Positions 45,433 through 54,250 of a DNA stretch of 64,000 nucleotides are shown here, one piece after another. Below the pieces are notes generated by a model, which worked only from the letters and a program-made list of their open reading frames with translations, was not told the origin of the DNA and ran no database searches. Origin of the DNA: a virus; the IMG/VR virus record IMGVR_UViG_3300037760_000114, positions 1-64,000 of that record; one strand, written 5' to 3'. The translations under genes were made by a program, and so were the position numbers. Positions within the stretch are counted from its first letter, which is position 1. Each line of letters starts with the position of its first letter.

Positions 45433-46013
45433 CGTTCGTTTGCGGCCGCCACCCCGCCAGCGGCCGGCAGCATCTCCATCCAGATCGTGCCGCCGGAGTG
45501 CTTGTCCCGTTCAATCGCCACCGACACCGCGCGGGCCACGACCTGGGAAGGTGGCATGTCCGGGCAGCAGGCCAGCAGCGCATCCATAGCGCCGATGGCG
45601 GGGCCTTCGCCGGAGCCGACCGCGGCTATGCCGTCAGGGTGAGGGATCGCGTAGCAGTGGGTCGCCGACCACAACCTGCCGGCGTAGCCGATGATGAGCA
45701 TGGCATCCATGTGTCCCTGTTCGGACACCCCGCTGGCGACACAGATAGCCGACGCCTTGCGGGTGACCTCGTTGGCCCACCGGTCCAGATCGTCCGGGTG
45801 CGGGTCGATGTCAGCTAGTTGTAGGTCCGCGTCCAGGACTGTGGCGACCGCCCCGTCGCCGGAAATCCCTACCAGCACCTCACTGCCATCGCCAAGCTGA
45901 TAGCGGCGGATCTTTCGCGCGCTTCCCAGCACGGGACGGTCGTAAACCGTGACCATCGAGTCGGCGGCCATGTAGACCGCACCGTCGCGGGCCAGAGCAG
46001 CAACCGTAGTCAC
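45429..46013 (-). CDS. HslV/proteasome-beta-like Ntn hydrolase
   Basis: N-terminal (M)TTVAA...MAADS, RKI, GISG, AVGSG..AIGAM, D..SGG. Confidence 0.85.
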   Translation of the reverse strand: MTTVAALARDGAVYMAADSMVTVYDRPVLGSARKIRRYQLGDGSEVLVGISGDGAVATVLDADLQLADIDPHPDDLDRWANEVTRKASAICVASGVSEQGHMDAMLIIGYAGRLWSATHCYAIPHPDGIAAVGSGEGPAIGAMDALLACCPDMPPSQVVARAVSVAIERDKHSGGTIWMEMLPAAGGVAAANER

Positions 46014-46189
46014 GCCGCAGTCTCCGGCTCGTGCAGCTCGCGCCCGTCCAGCGAATGGTGCACCAGCACCCAGCCGTACGACCCGTCATCCCGCTCCACC
46101 GGCTCGGTACGCGGACCGCACAGGCAGCCGTCGCCATCGGTGTCGTGCTCCACCAGGTCGTCCACCGGAACGACGTGCCAGGTGCTCAC
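46010..46189 (-). CDS. Small conserved actinophage protein
   Basis: HVVPVDDLVEH...CLCGP...HHSLDGRE. Confidence 0.65.
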   Translation of the reverse strand: MSTWHVVPVDDLVEHDTDGDGCLCGPRTEPVERDDGSYGWVLVHHSLDGRELHEPETAA

Positions 46190-46596
46190 GCGGCTACCAG
46201 CGGCCGGTCTGACTGGTTGCAGGTCAGGTACGGGTTGGCGAAGATGACGTGCGCGTGGGTGCGGGTGTGCGTCCGGGCGAGGACCATCGATGCTCCACGG
46301 GTCTGGGATGTGGCGGGATGTTGACAGGGCCGGCCCGGCGCACATCCCGGAAACGCCGGGGCCGGCCCTGGTCGCAGGAGTTACAGGGTGATCGGGTCGC
46401 CGATTACGGCGCCGGACGGCTCCCGGTTCGGCCAGTACACCGCCGGGCGGCCGGCTGCGTCGAGGTAGACGATCCACGAGCTCGCCGGGCTCATCCCACC
46501 CAGCCGAAGGTGCACACACGAAAGCCCCGCACACTGGCGGGGCCCGGGCACACTCCTCTAAGGCGGAACGTTAGCACAGTACCCACCCGGCGACGA

Positions 46597-46995
46597 TCAA
46601 CCTGTGCGTCGTTGCCGGCGGCGTCGGGTAGCGGCTGCGATCTCCAGGATGTCACTGGCGAGGAACAGGGGCCAGCCGCGGTGGTCGCGGCGTTTGAACT
46701 CCAGCCGACGGTGGTGGCCGTGGCGGTCGAGGTAGCCGCGTTTGCGCCACTGCCGGATCGTGCCCTGCCCCACGTTTGCGAGCTGGGCGGCGGCGGACGT
46801 ACCCACCAGATCGTCCGGCTCCACCGTCACCTCGTGTTCGACCAGCCACCAGCCCTCACCGGCGGCTTCCACAGCGTCGTCCAACGCGGCGGCCAGCGGC
46901 GGGTTGGCGGTGCGCAGATGGGTGCGGTAGGCGCGGGCGATGCCGCGGGCGCGTTGCAGATCGGTGTCGCCCAGTTGGGCCATCGGGCGGGGCAT
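46597..46995 (-). CDS. HTH (MerR-like) DNA-binding protein, possible late regulator
   Basis: LVGTSAAAQLANVGQGTIRQWRKRG. Confidence 0.75.
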   Translation of the reverse strand: MPRPMAQLGDTDLQRARGIARAYRTHLRTANPPLAAALDDAVEAAGEGWWLVEHEVTVEPDDLVGTSAAAQLANVGQGTIRQWRKRGYLDRHGHHRRLEFKRRDHRGWPLFLASDILEIAAATRRRRQRRTG

Positions 46996-47795
46996 CAGCG
47001 GCCCTGCCACACGATCAGGCCCATCATCCGTTCGTACTCGTCGTAGGGCCGCCAGGAGCCGCAGTCCTTGCACCACACCGGCGGGTCGTGCTTGAACTGC
47101 CGCGGGTGATGCTGCCGCAGCTTGCCTTCCTCGCCGCACTGGTGACAGAAGCCGGGCAGCTGCCGTACCCGGTCGGACAGGCCGGTCGCCGAGGTGGCGA
47201 GCTGGTGCATGCGGGTCAGGTGGGCGATGCCGTCGGCGCCCGACGGTGCGGTGTGCAGGATGAAGGTCGAGCAGTCGCGGTCGGGCCCCCACACCACCGC
47301 CGACGCGAGGGAGTCGTCGACCGGGGGATAGTCGGCCATGTCCTGCGGGCCCAGATGCGCCAGCCGCGCCAACCGGGGTGCGATGACGGTGGCGGCGTGT
47401 TGCACCGCCCACCCCTCCCGCACCCCGGCGCGCACCTCGCTCGACAGGCCGTCCAGCTCGCGTGCCACCGGCTCCCACGCGGTCAGCAGCCACCAAATGT
47501 GGCGCTGCAGCACCAGCACGTACTCCCGTAGCGGCAGCGGTTGCTCACCCCGGCCGGAGCGGGGCTGCCCATCGGACCACTCCGACAGCGGCCGGGGCAG
47601 CCACTGCTCCAGCGCCACATAGTCGGCCGGGAGGCTGCGAACGTCCCGCTCCGCCACCCGCAGGCAGTCGGGACAGTAGGTGGCCCGGCTCGACTCCAGC
47701 AGCGCCGGATGCTTACGGGTGTGGTTGAAGTCCTTGCACCAGCGGCCGGCGACACAGGTCCGGGCATCAGCAGCAGGCAGGGTAGCGGTCGGCAT
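46995..47795 (-). CDS. Zn-finger-containing phage protein
   Basis: C....C, CPDC, CHQC, CKDC. Confidence 0.7.
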   Translation of the reverse strand: MPTATLPAADARTCVAGRWCKDFNHTRKHPALLESSRATYCPDCLRVAERDVRSLPADYVALEQWLPRPLSEWSDGQPRSGRGEQPLPLREYVLVLQRHIWWLLTAWEPVARELDGLSSEVRAGVREGWAVQHAATVIAPRLARLAHLGPQDMADYPPVDDSLASAVVWGPDRDCSTFILHTAPSGADGIAHLTRMHQLATSATGLSDRVRQLPGFCHQCGEEGKLRQHHPRQFKHDPPVWCKDCGSWRPYDEYERMMGLIVWQGR

Positions 47796-47907
47796 GGCGG
47801 TTCTCCCGGTCTCCGGCGGATAGAATCTGGCGGAGACCGGACAGTCGCGGGGGCGGCCCGGTGAGGTGGCCCTGGACCGACTTAGCGGGAGGTCCAGGGC
47901 CACCGTG

Positions 47908-48899
47908 CTATGCAGCCCCAGGTTTACGCCACGGGCCGGGCTCGTGAGCGGTTGCCGCGCACTGGGGCCGGTCGTTGCAATACCTCACGTTGACGCGGGC
48001 GCCGGGGAACATGTGCTCAAGCCCTCGTAGCGGCCGGTGCGCTACCGAGATCGCCGCGTCGGGCCGCTCGTCGCGGCAGACCATGCAGGTCCAGGTCAGC
48101 GCGTTGATGTCGATCACGCTTGCCTCCAAGCCTCGTCGTGGTCCGGGTCGGGGTCGTCGGGCCACGGCGGGCGCTGACCGTGGGGCATCTCGTAGACGTG
48201 CCCGTACGGCACCGTCGGGTCGACCTGGACAGCGACCCCGCCTTCGTAGCGCCACACCCGGACACCGCACGTGCCGCCCTGCAACGCCATCTCGGTGGCC
48301 TGCTCGATCATTGCGCTCTCGGCGACAGCGAGGCGACTGACGTACGCCGCCATCGCCTGGTCAGCGTCCTCCAGCCACTCGCCGAGGAACGAGCCGCTCA
48401 CGATGTACGGCGTCAAGTCCACCGGACCGTGGTCGGGCACGATCTCACCCTCGCGGGGTGCGGGCCACCACTCGATGCGGTCAGGTTGCATCGGGGCTGC
48501 TGCCTCACTCATCGGCACCCATCACCTTCCGTCCTTCGTCGTCGGTCTCTACCGGCGTGCCAGCGGCGGCCGGGCCGCGTCCTGCTCCCGGATGTACACC
48601 AGGATGTCCCGGGTACAGCGCGGCCCGCCCGTCCAGTCCTCACCGGAGAACCACTCCAGCAGCAGGGCCGCCTGCTCGACGTTGAATCCGTGCCGCTCGG
48701 TGTGGTCGTGGCCGTGGCAGATCACATCCACCACCGGGGTAGGCGATGTCATTTCGGACCGCTCCCGTAGCCACCGCTCGGTCTGCAACTCCCCGGACCG
48801 CGGGCAGCCTTCCCGATGCAGGTACGGCTCGGTGCCGTCGATCCGCCGTGGGCAGCCGCACTCAGCCTTGCGACCGTGGCTGTCGTCGTCAGGTTGCAT
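47908..48899 (-). other. Three small hypothetical CDSs (47908-48117, 48114-48518, 48549-48899)
   Basis: Coupled ORFs with plausible RBS and codon usage. Confidence 0.55.
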
Positions 48900-49380
48900 C
48901 ACGGCTCCACTCGGGTAGGTGGTCAGGATGCTCGGCGTACGGCAGAGCAAGCGCCAGCAGGGTCGGGCACGGCTGCCCGACCTCGTAAAACTCGTCCTCC
49001 CACAGCTCCCACGGCTCGCGGCTCACCGTCGCCTGACCCTCACCGGCAGCGGTAAGGGTGGTGCAGTGGTGCGGCCGGTTGTGCGCGTGCACGATGCGCC
49101 GCTTGGCTTCCACCTCGGCCAGCACAAGGCGCTGCTCCGCGTTGGCGTGGGTCAGTTCGTGAGCAAGAATCGCCCTGGTTACCTCGGGTGCGCGCCACCA
49201 TCCCGCCCCCGAATGATCCGGCACGGTAAGGGTCCAGCCGCAGTCGCCCGTTCCGGATACGCCGTGGCAATTCGGCACCTCCGGCGCCGGACCGTCGATA
49301 CCGACCGTCCGTGGCCGCATCTCCTGACACCGCTCGTCCAGCCGGGCGGTCAGGAACTCCACGATCCCGCCGACGCTCAC
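48889..49380 (-). CDS. DUF6221-family protein
   Basis: IVEFLTARLDE...VLAEVEAKRRIV...CPTLLALALPYAEHPD. Confidence 0.85.
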   Translation of the reverse strand: MSVGGIVEFLTARLDERCQEMRPRTVGIDGPAPEVPNCHGVSGTGDCGWTLTVPDHSGAGWWRAPEVTRAILAHELTHANAEQRLVLAEVEAKRRIVHAHNRPHHCTTLTAAGEGQATVSREPWELWEDEFYEVGQPCPTLLALALPYAEHPDHLPEWSRDAT

Positions 49381-50073
49381 CGACTACGCCTCCCGCCGAG
49401 CCGGGCATCCACAGCGGCGACCAGCCGGATAGCCACGGACATGCCGGCAGCGATCACCACCGCCACAGCGGCGACCCGCAGCGCGGTCGGCTGCCCGGCC
49501 AGCGCTATGCGTACCACCTCCGCAGCGGCCACGATGACGCATGCGCAGATGGCGCTGAACCAGGCCAGCCGTAGCGGCCGTGGCCACCGCGACAGCCAGG
49601 CCGTGAAGCCCGCGGCGCGCAGGAACGGCGACGGCGGGTCGACCCGGGAAGGGCCGTAAGGCGGATGCGACCAACGGCGCCCGTCGGGCAGGGTGCCGCC
49701 GTACTCGCGCGGGTCGCCGTCGCCGAGCTCCGGTATGCGGCGGGTGCCGTCGTTGAGCCAGCGGCTGGCTGCCGCGTTCAGCGCAGGGTCAGGCTGCATG
49801 TGGACCACCACCGGAATGAACTGCACGCGCGGCGCGGATGTCCGGATCAGCGTCGAGCCGGGCCTGAGCCTCGCGGCGGATGTCCACCGGTAGCTCATCG
49901 AACGCCGCCTGATACCGGTGGCCGGTCAGCCTGCGGAGGATGTCCGGCGGGCAAGTGGCGAGCACGGTCGGGTGCAGGCTGCTGGCGATGTCCCGCAAGG
50001 TGACGGCGGCCATCAAAAGCTCGCTGGCCACGTCCACGATCGTGGCCCGATCAGTACCGGGGTCAGGCTGCAT
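49377..50073 (-). other. Two hypothetical CDSs (49377-49799 membrane protein; 49789-50073)
   Basis: Both start MQPD with an 11-nt overlap to the upstream stop. Confidence 0.55.
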
Positions 50074-51154
50074 CGGAACCTCCAGGGGCATTGTCGCGTA
50101 CCGGGCTGAACCGGGCGGCCAGCGTATACGCGCCGTGGCGGTCCAAGCTGTTCCGGCCACGGTCGTAGCGGCGGGTGGTGCGGGGATCGGCGTGACCGGC
50201 GAAGTCCTGCACATCCCGCAGCGGCATTCCAGCATCCAGAAGCTCGGTGATGGCAGTGTGCCGTAGCGAGTGGGGGGAGAGGCGGGCCGCCTCGGCGATG
50301 TGGGTTCGGCGGGCCAGGCGGCGTACGAGACGCCACACGTACGGGCCGGTCATGCGGTGACCGGCGACGAGCAGCAGCGGGCCGCTGGTGGGGTTGCCGC
50401 GTGTGGTCAGCATCTGGTCGATGGGGGCACCGACCATCGGGGTGATGACCACCTCGCGGTGCTTGCCGCCCTTCCATGGCACCCGCAGGGTTCGGTGGCC
50501 ACGGTGGTGACCCAGCCCTTCCACGTTGGCGCCGGTGACCGACCCGCAGCGCAGCCCGTTGACGAGCAGGAGCCGAACCAGCACCGACGAGGACAGTCCG
50601 TCGTTGTCGGCGGCGGCGATCAGCCGGTCGGCTTCGTCGCGGGACAGGGCCACGGTGGTGGAGTCGTCACGGTCGACGTTGGGCCGGCCGTCGACATCGG
50701 CGGGGTTGAATTGCACGATCGGCGCGTCGCCTTTGGTGTTGCGCAGGATGTACCGGTACCACGAGGAGACCGCCGAGACGCGGCGGGCGATACTGGACTC
50801 GGCGGCCGGGTCACCATCGTCGGTGACGCCGTGCTGGCGCTGGTGGGCGATCCAGTCATGGATGTCCATCGGCTTGGCCCCGGTGGGGTCCACGTCGATG
50901 CGGGCGCAGTGGGTGATCCAGTCCTTCAGGTCGCGGCGGTAGCCCGCGACGGTGTGGCCGGAGCGGCGGGACTTCAGCCATGCCTCGGTGATGCGGGCGA
51001 GCCGAGCCAGGTCCTGTGGGTGTAGCGCGACGCCGTGCAGTGGGTGGGTGAGAGGTTCCAACGCCTCCCCTGGCCGAAGATAATCACCATTATCTTGCGC
51101 GCCATTCCCGGGAAGGGACGTTAACGGGAATGAGACCACTTCCTGGCCACTCAC
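50063..51154 (-). CDS. XerC/D-like tyrosine recombinase (start uncertain, may be downstream of ~51070)
   Basis: HTVAGYRRDL, SIARRVSAVSSWY, GLR, KGGK, PHSLRHT, VQDFAGHADPRTTRRY. Confidence 0.93.
   Translation of the reverse strand: MSGQEVVSFPLTSLPGNGAQDNGDYLRPGEALEPLTHPLHGVALHPQDLARLARITEAWLKSRRSGHTVAGYRRDLKDWITHCARIDVDPTGAKPMDIHDWIAHQRQHGVTDDGDPAAESSIARRVSAVSSWYRYILRNTKGDAPIVQFNPADVDGRPNVDRDDSTTVALSRDEADRLIAAADNDGLSSSVLVRLLLVNGLRCGSVTGANVEGLGHHRGHRTLRVPWKGGKHREVVITPMVGAPIDQMLTTRGNPTSGPLLLVAGHRMTGPYVWRLVRRLARRTHIAEAARLSPHSLRHTAITELLDAGMPLRDVQDFAGHADPRTTRRYDRGRNSLDRHGAYTLAARFSPVRDNAPGGSDAA
51073..51100. other. dif-like recombination site
   Basis: GCCGAAGATAA-TCACCA-TTATCTTGCGC (11-6-11, AT-rich palindromic core) at the 5' end of the recombinase gene. 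Confidence 0.65.
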
Positions 51155-51600
51155 GGCTGGCCTCCAGGTCCGTCCGGGCCGGGTCCGTAGCCGCCCGGAT
51201 GCACCACAGCGGTGTCCCGGATGCCCGGCAGCGGTACGACCGCAGGTGGGGCCGATGGACCGTCCACCCTCGGTGGGATGCGGAGCATCTTGCGCGCCAG
51301 GCGATCTGCGGCCAGCCGGTCCCGGGCCTCGCCGATCGCCTTCCGGTGCCGCCAGCGTTGCCGCCGGGTGGCCCGGCGCCAGGTGAACCCGGCTATACAC
51401 TGCCCGACAGCGTGGTGCCGCCCGCCCCGGTCGCACACCGGGCACGCATTGCCGATCCGCCACAGCCGGGTACACACGTCACACACCCACAGGTCGCCCA
51501 GCAGCAGCCACTCGCCGGACTCCTGATAAACGTCCGGCAGGTCGCACGAGTGCGCCGGCTCCGGTCTCGCTGGCTCAGACTGCCTCAGAACCCAGCCCAT
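51151..51600 (-). CDS. Hypothetical Cys-rich protein
   Basis: H.C, CDVC, CPVC; GGGGG RBS. Confidence 0.6.
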   Translation of the reverse strand: MGWVLRQSEPARPEPAHSCDLPDVYQESGEWLLLGDLWVCDVCTRLWRIGNACPVCDRGGRHHAVGQCIAGFTWRRATRRQRWRHRKAIGEARDRLAADRLARKMLRIPPRVDGPSAPPAVVPLPGIRDTAVVHPGGYGPGPDGPGGQP

Positions 51601-52773
51601 CCCCCACTCCCCTCTCGTTGGTCCATTGGCCTCGGTCCCAACGGCCCGCCACGATCTCCTCGGTCATCTCCGCCAGGGTCAGGCCACGCTCACGGGCAGC
51701 ATCGACCGCCTGCCGATACTCGCCGTAGCACCGGCACACCATCCGCAGCTGTGTCCGCTGCTCCTCCACCGTCGCCGCTCGGGCCAGGGTTGATCGAAGT
51801 CCACCGTCGGCAGCCACAGCCGCCTGCCCGATGCTGGCGAAGGCGGACCGGAGCCCGGACATGGCAGCGCCGATCTGCCTACTGGCTGCACGGAACTGGA
51901 GCCGGAACTGCCGCTGGCGGTAGGCCCGGATCGGATGCCGGAGCACCCGCCACCACCGCAGCCGGCGGGGCGGGCGTGGCGGGGTAGCGGCGCCGGTCGG
52001 GAAGAGCGAAGGCCGGTTGACCGCGAACCCGAGCCGGAAGCTCGCCCGGATCGCTGCGGCGTGTCCTCGGCGAAGTACGGCGGGAGCCGGCTCCCCTCGT
52101 CCACGAACATCGCCGCGAGCCTCGGCCCTCGGTCATCCCGATGGTATGCCGCGCTGATCCGCTCCCGCTGGTCGACCAGCGAGTCGGTCAGGTCAACGCC
52201 GCTGTCCAGCTCGGCCATGGTCGGGTTGTCGGGATCAGCTGGCGGGTTCGGCATCCACACCAGCCGGCCGACCTGCTCCAGCCCGGCGGCCAACTCCTCC
52301 GCCGACACGCCCAAGGCAGCCAGCGGCACCGGTGGTCCGTACTCGGGAGTGGGGTCGAGCCGTCGGCAGTCGGACAGCTCCCGCTCCAACCGATCCCACA
52401 TCTGATCGGCGCCCCTAACGGTGTCCGTGTCCGAGTCGGCCAACCACATACCAACCCAGCGGTGGCCGTCGTCCAGCCGGGCGAACAACCTCCCGTCGTC
52501 GCTGCGGTACGTCCGGCACACCAGACCCGCCGCTGAGAAGGCCCGCTCCCAGTCCAGCACCAGCCCGGAGTCGTCGAACGCGGTCACCAGATCCGGGCGC
52601 CACCGCATCCCGGTCGGGCCACCATCACGCCAGGCGTCCGTGTCCGGGCCGACGTGCGACGGGCGGCAGTCTTCCGAGCAGTACGCCGAACCCGGCCGTG
52701 GCTGGGCACCACACGGGCACAGACCAGCCACCGCGTTGTCCACCGCCGTCAGCGTCTTGTCGACCGTCACCAC
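51575..52773 (-). CDS. Hypothetical protein, apparently split by a frameshift near 52060
   Basis: CPC..YCSEDC N-terminus; protein-like sequence continues in the frame of the 51575-51946 ORF. Confidence 0.45.
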
Positions 52774-52818
52774 TGACCTCTCCCCCGTACGGCTAACCAG
52801 CGGCTAGCCGTGACCAAA

Positions 52819-54250
52819 TTAGCCGTGCTCACCGTCGTCGCCCCTCTCGTCCAGCACCCGCCGTGCTGTCTCCGCCAGTCGCTCCCGCTCGTCGGCCCGG
52901 ATCAGCCGCTCCATCGCATCGAACGCGGCCCTCGCGTACGTGTCCACCGGCCGAAGCCCGACCCGGCGGTAGTGCTCCCGCGCGGCCTTGACGCACCGGT
53001 CGCGGAACAGGACCGCGTTGCGTATCCGGGCCAGATCCTCCGAAGTCGCCTCACCCATGCTCTCCCACCTCTGCCTGCCCCAGGATCTGCCGGGCCAGGG
53101 CGATCACCTCGTCGCACGGCACCCGGTTCAGCATCTGCACGTCCAGCCCGCCCAGCCACGCCGCCTGGTGAAAGAGTGCCGCCATGGCGCGACCAACACC
53201 CGGCGACACCGCAGCGGTCCAGTAGTAGGGGCCGGGCACGCCAGCCAGCGACGCATGACTCGCGTGAGAGTCCGCCACCCGGCTCAACAGCTCCCCCGCT
53301 CGCCGCAGCAGCTCCACGTCGGCATCCGTCGCGGGTGTGTGTTTACTCATGGTCGCCTCCGGCCAACTCCAGCGCCCCCATGTCGATGACGTAGATGTGC
53401 CCGTCGGTGAACGCCGACGGCTCGACGGTCCACAGCCCCGGCGCCGGGCTGTGCCGCTGGATCAGCGCCTCAAGATCGGCCACCAGCTCGGGTGGGCAGA
53501 TGATCGTCTTGCGCATCCGGCCGAACTGGGCGAGTGCCTGCTGAATTTCGTCGAGTAGGTCAGCCATGGAGCAACGCCGCCAGAATCATCAAGCCGACCC
53601 CCAGCAACAGCGGCACCGCAAGAGGCCAGATGCTGGGTCCGTCGCTGTCCATCTTGATCCAGCTGTTGTCAGGTGGTGGCCTCATCCGGTCGTGGTCGTG
53701 AGGTAGCCGGTTGCTGCCTCCGGCGGAGCCCGTGCCGTCACGCCCGGCGCTGAAGTCGGCCGGGTCCAGCGGGTGGGTTGCCTCGTAACCGTGGCCTCTA
53801 GGCATGGTCACCTCCGGTGCTGTGCTGGCGGGCGATCTGGGCAGCGCGGAACGGCGGTATGCCAGTGGAGTGCTCGCCACGCTCCTCAAAGTGGCGGGCG
53901 ATCTCCTCGGCGACCCGGGCGCGGGGTGCCCACCGCTTCGGCTGCCAACCGGCGGCGAGCATCCGATCCAGCAGGTCCTCCCGATCGTCCGGGCGTGCGG
54001 CAATCTGTTCGGCGTGCTCCATGTGCTCGCGGGTGAGCCGGATGCAGGATCCGCCACGGTGCCAGCCGGCGGCGGTGAGCGCGTCCAGCATCACCTCGGC
54101 CCAGTGTTCGTCCCAGTCCTCCACCAGGGGTCCGCAAGCGCAGTGGTCCGCGTCCTGCGCCCGGTCGTTGCGGTCAAGGTCGATGTAGTGATGGCGTAGT
54201 GCGTCGGCAACGGTCTCCACGTCGGTGTCGTCGTACAGGCGGTCAGCCAT
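52819..54250 (-). other. Five small hypothetical CDSs (52819-53058, 53051-53350, 53343-53567, 53560-53805, 53798-54250)
   Basis: Overlapping start/stop chain typical of phage early operons. Confidence 0.6.

Noticed and set aside
50063-51475. Prophage boundary integrase with attL/attR
   Set aside because: Co-oriented phage genes continue on both sides and no host genes are present; the ORF-track N-terminal extension overlaps another gene
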